A stretch of 57,548 nt of DNA, counting the filler, from Catajapyx aquilonaris (Eukaryota): the NCBI GenBank assembly GCA_000934665.2. It is 3 parts of 3 records of this genome, joined end to end, with 100 filler letters (N's around TTAATTAATTAA, not from the genome) between each part and the next. Parts side by side here need not be neighbours in the genome. Positions count along the whole stretch, not along the records: positions 1 to 19,092 come from JYFJ02006530.1; 2 more parts are not named here. One strand, given 5' to 3'. The position numbers and the translations under genes are program-made. Under the pieces are notes generated by a model, which saw only the letters and a program-made list of their open reading frames with translations, was not told the DNA's origin and ran no database searches. This document shows, in pieces, positions 1 to 11,818 of the stretch (the stretch's first letter is position 1; each line of letters starts with the position of its first letter).

Positions 1-186
1 CCGATGCCATGCATTGGTAAGCATGCACACACCCTTCGTCCCAGCATCAATCGCTACCTGTAAACAGTGGCAACGACAGAAAGAACGCTAAGCACTCGCC
101 ACATGACGATGTCCGAACACGACCAGTTGCCAGGTAACGCCAAAGTCGTTGTTTACACTTGTTATATGCTATTGTGTCCAGCACTG
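1..186. mobile_element. Right end of Tc1/mariner-type MITE (CAGTGCTGGACA TIR family)
   Basis: Ends gtgtccagcactg|TA; shares tgtaaacagtggcaac and gttgccaggtaac with the copies at 10.5, 15.5 and 21.9 kb. Confidence 0.7.
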
Positions 187-393
187 TACAAGCAAATGAA
201 TGCACAGCTGTGTGATACACGGTGTCCCAAAATTAGCTGGGAAAGTTCAACTCATCTTATTGTAAACCTATTTGCATTTCTGCATCAGAATATGATTTTG
301 CAGGATACTGCTGTTCTGGTTCCATCTGTCGGATTATGTCACAGTCAATTATGGTCTATATACACCAGTTTAATCCTTGGTTTTTTTCCCCAG

Positions 394-3300
394 GCCCCTG
401 CATCTGAAATTTTGAATAACAGTGAACAAGTTCAGGTTGATGGGATTGTATGTGAAGCAAATGGCTCACCATGTGGCTCAGCCAGTGGCTCCAAGGGAAG
501 TGTAAACAGGAGGGAGTATCCAGCTGTAAGTAACATTGTTGGAACAAATTCGAGACTTGATCCTCTTATTCTTAGCAAAGTGTTGAGACACATGAAAAAA
601 TAATGTTTCTGAAAGCACTGGCTGGCCACGGACTATTGTCCATTCCAAAATGCCTGGTAAATTAGAAGACCATGCAGGAACAGCTGACTTGTGAACATTT
701 GGACACCACTCCCGACATATTATTAGGCCTAAGGTTCACAGATATTATCACAGTAGCATAATAATAATAATAATAATATAGATATGTGCACAAGTGGGCA
801 GTGATTCATGATAATGATATTTCATCTGCACTAAGATCTCTTATGTCCTAGGGTGCTGCCTCTGAAGTATCAGACAACTCTGAACCAAATGAAATTGAGG
901 ACTTGCTGTCCACTTCGGATGACACATCCAGTGAAAATGCAAACAGACGAAAGACCAGGAAGAAACGAGGTTCTGTATGTATCATTGTGGGGAAAAGGGG
1001 CAACATTTTCTCTAATGGGAAATGCCTGGACATAATGATTGAGCATGACAAGTGATCATTATAAGAAAAGTCATTTACATTCGTCAATTTCTTAAGAACT
1101 GAAAATTCACATTTTGTAGGCGCAAAGTATTGAGTAGAATTAAATATTACATGACTGATGTTGTCAAATTTCAGGGTCCTGCATGTAAGGACTCGGAGGA
1201 CAGTGACCAGTCCTTGCCTGATCATAGTGACTCTGGGGATGAATATATTCCTCCACATCACTCAGGTGACGAGGCCTGTACTCTCCGAAAGATGAAGAGA
1301 AAGAAGCGGAAAGGAAAGGATCCAGCTATAAATGACATGGTAGGAACATCAGGGGTAGAATTTTAACATTTTTGTCCAGATGCAAAGTTTGCACTGTAGA
1401 CTTTCATCTGGAGTGTGCAAGTCGCATACTTGGAGTACTTAATTTTTAATTACAGGGTGTAGCCATGTTTAAAAGCAGAGCCAATTGCTCATTTTAGAGG
1501 TCAGATGACAATTTTGGAATGCAAATTGCACCTTCGCATCCGAATATTTCGACCTCTAGAACACATAGGACTTCCTCCCCCTTTTTTCAGGAATAATGAC
1601 ACTCTGTGCATTTAGTGTGTATTTTTCGTTGCATTGCAGTGATTTCCTGCTTAATATTCCAGGTCTGTGGAACTGGAGTCTCAGATGATGGAGGGCGAGC
1701 GAAGGAAGCACCATCCTCATGTGAACCAGCTGGATGCCCAAGTGAAAGGGTGACCAGAAAAGCTACTGTGAGTAATTTGTGCTATTTCATCAGTCACATG
1801 TGCAAGAATTTGGCTCCATTAAAATTAATGGTAATTCGGCAAACATATCTATTATTTTCTCACGAGCCATGCATGCTGATGAAGGATTGAATCTGAACAT
1901 ATTGAATCTTATGTATGTGGGTCACAACTCATGTCACCAAATATGGCTGCTCTTACGCAAATACGTCGCTAATTGTTGGGTCTGAAACACTGCGACATGG
2001 TACTGAGCATTTGACAGATGGAATGCCGTACATGTTTTTCTGAGTGCATTTTTCAGGAAACCAAATTCCTTAGGCATATTCTACTCGCGTTTCTCTTTCA
2101 TTTGATGAATATGTTGATTGGGTTTTGACCACTTCCAATAATAACCCGAATAAACGAAAAAAATTATCCTAAAAAGGCCCAATTTCAGAATTTCGCAATT
2201 TTTTCCCTCCCCACGGTATTTCACAATTTGGCTTAAACTTTATATGCAATGTTACGGCATAGGTGCGTACAGCTGTGATTATTTTCAGAAAAATTCGAGA
2301 TGGTGTAGCAACATTGGGAAAAACTGCTATATTTGAGGATTTGGTTTATTGACTGTACCGAAGTCAAATACAAATCAAAGACAAAGTGAATGCACATTAT
2401 GAGTTACTCGTGACCTATGGGACACGAATATATAATCAATGAATTTCCATGGACAGAAAAAAAGGCAAATTGTGACCTAGATTATTCAGTATGCCATTTG
2501 CTCATTGAAAGAGATATCCCACCAAAAACATTTCTGTAAAAAAAAGGCCAAGTTCTCCTGACTGCTTGGCCGTAAAAAGTGGTGAGATCTAAAATACGGC
2601 CAAGTTCAACGTTGTTGTCAATTACTGGCATTCTCAACTTCTTCAACCTAAACCACTAACTTTATTTTTCCATGTCGACCTTAGGTTTAATAATCAAAAA
2701 ATTTTAATGTAATTTCTCCTGATGTCACTTGGCCATTGCTCATGTCCGAGGTATTGTTGAATTCTACAACTCCTTCAATCTTTTAAGAGCAATGGCCAAG
2801 TGACATCAGGAGAAATTACATTAAAACATTTTTTATGATTAAACTTAAGGTCGACCTGGAAAAACAAAGGAAGTGGTTTAGGTTGAAGAAGTTGAGAATG
2901 CCAGTAATTGACAACGACGTTGAACTTGGCCGTATTTCAGATCTCACCACTTTTTACGGCCAAGCAGTCAGGAGAACTTGGGCTTTTTTTTTACAGAAAG
3001 GTTTTTGGTGGGATCTCACCTCTTTTTGTAGGCAGGAGTGTAGGATAATTACAAGAAAGCTTGGGGCTCGGGGTAATTGTATTAGTATTATCATTACAAT
3101 GCATACATATATTTATTATTTATTTATTATTATTATTTTATTTATTATTATTATTATTATTATTTTATTTATTATAACATATTAAATTTGTATTAGTATT
3201 ATTATGGGAATTTGAAAGTAAAAAGTAATCCGTGGTAAATCCTGGTAACCAGCCGCAGACTTCGTTAAAAAATATTTTTTTTGAGCATTTAGACTCAAAA

Positions 3301-4844
3301 AAGTGCCGTTTTCATATTTATTCTGATGTTTGTTTGGCAAGCTCTACCAGCATACCAAATTTCAGCGCCCCAGGACCATTGGAAGTTCCTTTTAATTTTG
3401 ATCATCAGTGAGTCAGTCAGTCAGTGTCATATTTTGGCCGTTTTGGGAGTTTTTAGGATTTTTTAAGTCGGAAATGAAAAGAGATATAAACGTAGAAGTA
3501 AGGGGGTAGTATTTTTAACGAATTTTTATCAACCCAAATAAAATTTTAGAAGCCACGTGTGTTCACCAGTGCGAAGATTCGAGGGGGTCAAAATGACGTG
3601 AGTTGTGTCGGGTAAAGGTGGTCCGGCAGTGCGGCGAGAACTTGGCAAGGGCACTTCCGTGCCCCCTAATAATGAAAAATGATTTTGCGAGACTGGTTAG
3701 ACTGGTTCAATTGGGGTAATACAATGAGAGTGGAGGATTTTAGGTACATTAATAACATCATTGATGACACTTTTGATGAAATGTTATTTCAAAAATTCTT
3801 TCGGATTTTACCTTGACATGTAAATGAAAAATTAAAATTATTTGACATTCTATGCCCCTCCTTTTAAATTAAATTTTTCTTTTTTAAAGTAGAAAAAGTT
3901 CCTGGGAATGTTACATGCAGTTATTTGCAAGCCACAAAAATCTGCAAAACAAAACTGAGGGTTACTTTTCATGTGGGATTATCAGGAACCATTTGCAGCA
4001 AAAGCTTAGATATGAAAAGTAAAAATGATCCATGAGGAGTTCCTATTGATTTTAACCCCAAAATATCAGCATATTGTAATTTGAAAAGTCTTTTCCCGCC
4101 TACATAGTATTCTTGATTTTATTTCAGGGCAAGGATAAGGTGGAAAAATCTGAAAGAAACACTCAGAACACATCTTCCTTACACAAAAAGGACAAAGGGC
4201 CTTCACCTGATTTGGACGCCAAAAAAAACCAGGGGCAAAAAAGAACCAAGAAGCATCAGTGCATGCTGTGTTCTTTCCAGACTCAATTGAAGAGGGACCT
4301 TGCACGTCATCAGGTAGTTCACGCAGGTGAAAAACCATATGGTTGCAATGCTTGTGACAAGAAGTTTAGAAGAGAGCAACACTTAAAAAGACACAATGAC
4401 TCGATCCACATTGGGTTGAAGCGTTACTCTTGTGACTGGTGCAGTAGAAAATTTTCTCAGAAAGACAGGCTGGAGGATCACAAGAGAACCCACACTGGTG
4501 AGAGGCCATTTTCATGCAAGGTGTGCAAAAAGTCCTTTGCTTCAAGAAGTAACAGGAGGCAGCACATGAAAACACATGATGTTCAAAGAAAGTTGCACTC
4601 ATGCTCCCATTGTAACAAAGCATTCACACGGAAAGACAGCTTGATTTTACATATGAGGACGCATACAGGTGAGAAGCCATATTGTTGTGATGTATGTCAG
4701 AAGAGATTTAGGGATGGAAGTGCATTGTGCCGCCACAAGAGAACCCATACAGGGGAGAAACCATACAGTTGCACTGTATGCAATAAAAGTTTTTCTCGGA
4801 AATCACATAGGGACACCCACTTGAGAATTCACAAACGTGTGTAA
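394..4844 (+). CDS. C2H2 zinc finger protein, 7 fingers (ZNF-A), 5' end outside window
   Basis: Exons with AG/GT borders, all phase 0: 394-525, 852-974, 1175-1339, 1663-1767, 4128-4844(TAA). Last exon encodes 7 CxxC..HxxxH fingers with TGEKPY-type linkers; upstream exons are homologous to ZNF-B exons. Confidence 0.88.
2511..3017. mobile_element. Palindromic MITE (~230-bp arms) in ZNF-A intron
   Basis: 2511-~2741 is the reverse complement of ~2787-3017, with a ~45-bp spacer. Confidence 0.85.
3084..3205. repeat. (ATT)n microsatellite / low complexity
   Basis: Imperfect attattatt run. Confidence 0.9.
3250..3670 (+). mobile_element. Non-autonomous Helitron/Helentron-like element
   Basis: ccaaatttcag motif, internal (AGTC)n microsatellite at ~3410-3425 and 3' GC hairpin GGGCAC-TTCC-GTGCCC at 3649-3664. 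Confidence 0.45.
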
Positions 4845-6309
4845 ATTATTCAAATCTAATTTGAAGGAAGAGGTGAGTGGCCTTTGACTCTGAGGGACAT
4901 ATTTTTCTGAGTGCAAGTACTTACATTCTTATTATGCCATATCAAAAGAATAAAATGAGTAAATGCATTACCTCTCATAAAAAATCAGGACTATTTAGTT
5001 ATAATATTATTCAAAGAAAAAAATATTATATTCAAAAATATACATATTGATGTATGATGATGCAGATCTTAGCTACCAATTTTCATACAAGTAACATGTC
5101 AATTAAAGAATAATCTTTGCACTGTGGTGAGATATTTTGCAAGGCTCTATGCAGCACAATATAGTGCCAATCTATTTTTGCTGGAACAGGTAAAACAAAC
5201 CCTGATTTTGTGACCTCAAAGTGGATAAATTTGCAGAATTAGTAATTTGAAATGTGGAATTTTGCAATTAACTAATCTGTTGAATAAAAACAGCATTTCA
5301 TTTTTTTTTTTTTCGGCATGCGCTATCCATTAAAAATCATGTCCCATGAAGGAAACACAATAAATTAATGGGGAGGTTTTGTAATCAGACAGCAAACATT
5401 ACGTAATGTCGGACTAGCTGAATTTGATATCAATATTGTTATTATTGTGAGGTTGACACTTGTCTAGTAAGACTGAGAAAATAATATATAAATCATTTTG
5501 ACATATTTAAAAGTTATTTGCAGAAATTCCAGGTCACCGGTTACGTCAGTCATTCAAGGATAATTTTTGCTGCATTGCATCATAAGTTTTAGTTTTGCAA
5601 TACCACAAGCAAAAATGAAATTCAGTATATTTTCCTCTATAATATTTTGGAGTTGTAATTAATCAGGATTGGGAAATCATAATTACAGGAGTATTTGATG
5701 TATTGGTGTACTGCGCCGCAGAACACTGTTCTTCTGGACGAGATATACCTTAGCTTTGTAAACCGACCTGTGGGAGGGCAATGCCTGCAACATTTCTCAT
5801 GGTCCCACTCACATTATTGTTTCTTATGAAACCAGAAGTGATGATGAAAATATTATTATGAGATAAGCTGTGGACCCAGGGGGAATGGAACCGCAGAGGG
5901 TGGGTCGCATGCGGATGAAAGTACTCTTGTCTTGTTCATTAGCTGCTGGTCCAGCAACCATCCCTCAGACGCACTTGCTGAAAGTGAACATGATGGGTCA
6001 AGGTTGAGACTATCAAAGTTGAGCACAAAAGAAAGTGATGGAAGGTTAACAGGACGCAGGAAGGAATTGCATGCTGATATCATCAAGTATAATTTCAGGA
6101 ATTAAAGTTAAAAATAAGGACATACATAATAATCTGTGTTTTGAACCACTTTGATTGATTTCATAATGACACAAACTGCAAGGAAAATTTAATATTGTGA
6201 CGCAAACTGTTAATTTGGTCATAGTAGCTGGAAAGCGATATGCAATATACCATAACACATCCTGTGATAAAATGCGTCGCACAATAACTGAACAATACAT
6301 GTGATTTAA

Positions 6310-6480
6310 GGCGAGGCGGAGTGGTGCTGCGGTAACGTATGCGCCCACGGATGTTAAGGTCCCGGGTTCGATCCCAACCCGGGGACACCCCCTTCATCTC
6401 GTGCAGAGTTCAGGGTCACTTCTGGCTTTGTCTCGGGTGGTATTTCTACAGACTAAACCACCTGGGGGAGTTAACTAAAA
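6310..6480 (+). mobile_element. tRNA-derived SINE family 1, 3'-truncated
   Basis: A box TGGTGCTGCGG and B box GGTTCGATCCC; clearly homologous to the copy at 20136-20478. Confidence 0.85.
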
Positions 6481-6758
6481 ATGGGATGGGATAAATGCTA
6501 GAACATACTCGTAATATCCATTCACATTCGTTAATGGAGGTTCCACATTACCCATGGAGGTAATCTATGTAAATTTTTTTATTTTGCATTCTTACAGACA
6601 ACACAGCCCTTCATTTAATTAATTATGTAATCATTTGAAGAAGCAGAGTTATAATGATATCACATTTCTCCAGGTACAGAAACAGCTTCCATATCTCCAC
6701 AAATTATGTGGGATTTCAAAGTGTATGACTATGCAGTATAATTCTTATTTCTTTTTAG

Positions 6759-6984
6759 AGCAATGACACTGTGCAAGAATGTCAAGAAAACACTCAGAAC
6801 AACCTCTTTCTTCTGCAATGAGGACTGTGGGACATCATCTGATGTGGAACACCAGAGAAAACAAAGAGTCTTGAAGGAACCAAGGTGCATCAGTGGAAGA
6901 TACTCTGAAGCAAATAGCTCTTCATTAGGTTCAACCAGTGCCTGAAACAGAAACATGAAGAAGCGGAAGGAAACTACTCTGAGT
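6759..6984 (+). pseudogene. Degenerate chimeric exon remnant of the ZNF-A/B family
   Basis: 5' part resembles the start of the finger exon (aaacactcagaaca..gaaccaag..gcatcagtg); 3' part matches ZNF-B exon 5 (ctgaagcaaatagctct..aaggaaactact). In-frame TGA at 6819-6821; donor mutated from GTGAGT to CTGAGT. Confidence 0.65.
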
Positions 6985-8386
6985 ATGCAGATGGGGACAC
7001 ATGGAATAAGTTGTGGGTGAAAACCGTACAATCAGTGTTATGCCTGCTTACTTGTACCACTACTGCCATCTGAAAAGAAACTATAAGTTACTTGGGTCAG
7101 AACAAACTGAGAATTAAATGCCACCTACCTTACTGTTTCTTCCGGTCCAGCAACAGCCGGGGGAAGCCATTAACAGCACCTAAAATAGTTATAAGAAAAT
7201 TACTAACAATTTTAAGCATTCCTCTCTCCCATTTCCCCCTCATTCAATTACAATTTCCTAAGGTAATCATCGGATTCGCAAAAGATCGCAAACTGATAAA
7301 ATTTTGGTTTTCTCACGTAATGTCAAACGGGGTGAGATTGTGCCACCGAATTTTGTTTTGCACAACAACGCACCCTACTGGCCGCAGGTGTAAACTTTTT
7401 AATTTAGGCATATATTTGGGCATACGTAATGAAATGCGAATATATAAATTACTGCTACTAGAGGTCGCAAGGCCACGTTCTGGAAAAATTGCAAGGTGTC
7501 GTCGCTTTTTTCGTTCAGAAGACGCAAACTACTAGTCAGAATCCGATGCCTCCCTCATGCAGAAAGATTCGCATAAACAAGATATTCTACTCGCAAAACA
7601 GGAACTTATTATTAGTCTATTATTGTTCCTGGATGGTCCATCCGAATTGATGTGTCTGGTTATACCTTTAAATTCGACAAGGAACAAATTAATAATTGCT
7701 GTTTTCATTTTCCTCCGATGAAATGCATCACACACTAACCTGGTCGTGATGGGAATTCGGGCAAATCTTTTCGCTCGATTTGCTTCCAACTTCATTTCGC
7801 TTCATCAGGCGCCACCTTCAACTTCGCTCTCGCAAATTCACTTGCTCATTCGTTCACGTCTGGTAGGGTACTTGTCGCTTCGATTTTCTCTCGCATGACA
7901 CCATCCCATTTTTTCCCCCCCCGGAAAAGGAAATTGCATCTCCCTGGGCTCGCTTAAAAATATTAAAGCACAAACTGATTCAAAATATCCGAGTTTTGAC
8001 TAATGCTTTGGTTATGAAAATTTGGCCCAAAATATCCCCATGGAGATGCTTTCTCTAAATACCATTTCAAATGGTACTTATACGAACAATAAGGTTGGGC
8101 GTGGGGAATCCTGCAGAAAGGCAGCATGGGTATTTTTAAAAGTGCAAACTTTTTATTGATTGCACCTTGTACATCGAGGTTAAGAAAAATTACATGAATA
8201 ACCTACATCATTCTAAAAGCAAGCAAACAGTGTTGCTCTCTGGATTTGCATCCGTGCTGAGTTCCCGTTCCGGTTAAATGGCAGACGATATATGAAATAA
8301 CTTGCAATGGAGGAAAATATTTTTACGAATATAAGTGATTCCCCTTTCCCCCATGTCTTTTTCAGTTCGTAACGCTCTCTCGTTGC

Positions 8387-10148
8387 TTAGTAAGGACGTG
8401 ATGCAGCCATGTCATGTTCGAGCGGCGACATCGAGGGGGAGTAGCTACAAGAACGAGGGAACAATGATCGGCCTGTGCCCATCGCATGTAAAACGAGTCG
8501 TAAAAGTTGCAAATAACTTGCTTCCAAAATTGGCTAGAAAAATGCATTAATTGCCAATTGAGAAAATTTATTAAATATTGCACTCACCGCCTTCCACGTT
8601 GGCCGTAGGACTCACGCATCCCATCGTATGGTGATGGGTCCCTATCATAAGTAATGTAAAGCAGTTTTAAATATTTGTCTTTTACTAATGAAAAATGTAT
8701 ACCACTCATCATTAACTGAGAAACATAGTTTGTCATATAATTATTTGAAACCGAAGCTATAGTTTCTCGGTGAAAGAGTGGTTGAATGAGCAAAATAATG
8801 TAATGGTATACTGGTTTACGTAAAACTTTAAAAACATTAGCAGTTTACCTTCGTCGCATCATTTCAGTAGTTGCCACTCTGCCACCAGCATATTCTGCTC
8901 TTTGATCATAATCACGCATTGGAGAGCTCATGGGTCGACGTTCAAATGGATCTCCCCTCATCCCATCAGGGAACATCCTACGCCCTGGCTCACGATTGGA
9001 GTAGCTGTAACAGGTAAAAGCATGGCCATTAATATACATGTAGAGTGCAATGACAGCTCCACCTCGCTGAACTTCAAAAAAATGGTGTACTTCCTACCTG
9101 TACATCATCTCCCTTTCTCGTGACATCATAGTAAGCATAGGAGGCATCTGTGGCCTCCTGTTGTAGTAGTCGCCAAACGTCCCACCACTTCCACTTGCAG
9201 ATCCTCCACCTCTCCGCTCATAGTTATCATAGTACCAATTGCGAAGGTGGCCAGACATTCCTCCGTCACCCATTCCACCACCGCCTCTGCCTCGCTCCAT
9301 TGGAGAGAGCCTCTCGTCATAATCTCCCCTCCTCATAGGGCGGCCATATGGGCTTGGTCTCCCCATTCCATAGCTGCCACCACCATATCCACCGCCTCCT
9401 CCATATCCGCCACGTACCATTATTCCACCACCATAGCTGCCTCCTCCCCGAGGGCGTGATCCCCTTCCAGCCTTTTTGCCAGTGGATTGCTGGAAGAAAT
9501 TTATTAATAAACTCAAATTTTGCTACCTATTCTGGTAATGACGGTTTCAGTCTCTATATGGCTAAAAATATTCAACTCACCTCCACACTAATCCTAGACC
9601 CCATGAATTGAGCGTTGTTCAGTGCCCTGATGGCTTCTTGTGCCATCTCCTCAGTTTCCATGTGCACAAATCCATAGTGGCTGAGCACATCACACGCTGT
9701 GACGTTCCCAAACTCCTCAAACAGAGCACGAAGCTCTTGGGAATTGGCATCCTGGGGAAGTCGACCCACAAAAATTTTGGTCTGCAATGAAAAGCAAATA
9801 ATTTTATTATAAAGAAGCCACTGGTTGGACACTATAGAGTTAGTAAATGAAACCAGTTTGTAAGGTCAGCTTAAAAATAATTTGTCTAATTGTCACACAC
9901 CACAAAACAAGTAATGGGATGCTGATATGCAATAATGAGTCAACCCACAAAAAATGTCGAAAATTGAGTTAAGTGACAACTATGGGCGTCTACAGACCTC
10001 TCTAGACGGAGGTTAGCAGGGTCTGTAGACACCCATAGTTGTTAATAATTACAATTAATTAGAAGAAACCAGAGGCCATGATGCTTACCGGTGGGGGTTT
10101 ACCGGCGCTCGACACCGTCTCGATGGGTTTCATAGACGATGAGGCCAT
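8387..10148 (-). CDS. RBM4/lark-like single-RRM RNA-binding protein, ~306 aa
   Basis: Exons 10148-10089, 9781-9581, 9489-9098, 9004-8849, 8641-8588, 8444-8387 join in frame (921 nt). RRM TKIFVGRLP..FGNVTACDVLSHYGFVHME is RBM4/lark type, followed by RGG/GY-rich and R/D/Y/P-rich low-complexity tail. Confidence 0.87.
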
Positions 10149-10562
10149 GTCGAACTGGAGCTGCAAATGACTCTGCCAGCGACAAAATACTCTCTCCTTG
10201 AAGATGGAAGAAGAGGAATAAGAGTGACGACGGACACAAAGACAAAGAGACGCGCAGTCCAAACGACCGTTACACAAACACCGGATGTGCACACCTGGCA
10301 ACTGTGTCAGGCCACATGGAAATCAAGGCGGCTTATTATGTAATTAGTTATTAAATTATATTAATTGCGGTCATTTCAAGCAGCGTAATTGTCACCTATG
10401 TATATACTGTACAGCCAATCATATTTACGACCCCCAACAGCTGTTCCTCCGTCTTAAGGTGTATTGGCATACCTGTGATTCCGTCACTTTACTTGTTTAG
10501 AAGTCCCGGAATTAATGTCCCCAAAAAAAAGGGGGCTATAAATATTCGAAATTGCTGGAGTA

Positions 10563-10864
10563 CAGTGCTGGACAAATTAGCCGTCGCTGAATGTTTTTTT
10601 TCGGCGGCGACGGCGGCGGCGTTACCTGGCAACCCCGTCCGGCGGGCCAATTCAAACATCAGCATATGGAGAGCGCTTCCATTGTTGCCACTGTTTACAA
10701 ATCGTGGGAGTGACGCGGACGACCCAGCGACCGGTCTCTTCTGCCTTATTTAGAAGCAATAAGTTATTTTGGGGTCACCCACTCGATTTGTAAACAGTGG
10801 CAACAATGGAAGCGCTCTCCATGGGCTGATGTTTCAATTGGCCCGCCGGACGGGGTTGCCAGGT
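10563..10864. mobile_element. Tc1/mariner-type MITE, right TIR truncated
   Basis: TA|CAGTGCTGGACAAA left end and internal inverted arms; the right arm breaks off at gttgccaggt. Confidence 0.85.
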
Positions 10865-11170
10865 GTCTTAAGGGTGTTGCTAGTGTTAAGCCGAGACGTT
10901 CTTGTGTCAATAGGACCATGGACGTGGCTGAGGCTAGGGTTGTTTGTTTGGATAGGTGTAAATGGCGTAGGTTAATTAATGGGTAAATAGGTAAATATGT
11001 CTGAGGATAAGGTGATGTCTGAGGTGGGCAGGGGTGGGGGGGTGGGACGGGTTGTTTTTAGGTTTATTTTCACAAGTTTTAATTTAGTTCATATGTTCGG
11101 CTAGCTTGCGTCTCCCTTCATCGCTGACTACCCCTCATAAGGAAATGTCGTGATGTTGTTGTTGTTGTTG
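10865..11170 (+). mobile_element. Probable 5'-truncated non-LTR retroelement 3' end
   Basis: G/T-rich segment ending in stem catcgc..gtgatg and a (GTT)n tail; replaces the MITE end. Confidence 0.45.
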
Positions 11171-11818
11171 TAATTATAAAATAAATGAAATAACAGTAAA
11201 ACTAGCTTCTAGTCTCCATTTCCCAAAATATCTGTAACTGAGCAAGTTTCCGAACTAGGTGGAAAAAAAATTAATTGAGAATCCCATTTTATTACGAGAA
11301 AAGTATGGTACAATATTTTTCTGACCTCATATTACTATTAGTCAGGCAGCTCCTATTCAGGTGCTGGACTCTTCAAAAATCAAGATATAGGATCCACACA
11401 ATGCATTTTAAGATAACTTTAAAAAATAAAGGCATTCTCATGGAGTTGTGGCTTACACATTTGTTTCACCAAAAATTGGCAGGTAAGAATATAAGGGTAT
11501 ACAAGGATTGGCAGGAATAGCTGTTTGTGACAGAACTCAAAACAGGGCACGCTTCCCAATACCGTCTCATGCCTCAAAAGTTGACTTGGTGTCACAACTG
11601 GTAGCTATATACCTTATCTGAGCAGTCATTTTTCCCCCCATCTATATGGCTAAACAGTCATTTATTTTGAGCCGTGTCAATAAACATAATCTTTTTCACG
11701 TTGCACTTTGCACAATGAAAATTAATCCATACTCACAAGAAAATGTGGAATAAGTATCTAGGACTGTTCACTTGTTCCTTCAAATGAAATTTGGGTGTAT
11801 AGAATTCTGTCACACTAT

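Noticed and set aside
6310..6390. tRNA-like A/B boxes (also at ~20400, 34490, 37290)
   Set aside because: They continue into shared SINE bodies with tails and TSDs; not tRNA genes.
7092..8080. 147-aa ORF and repeat-like sequence between ZNF-A and the RBM4-like gene
   Set aside because: No domain and no definable TIR/TSD; probably unclassified TE debris.
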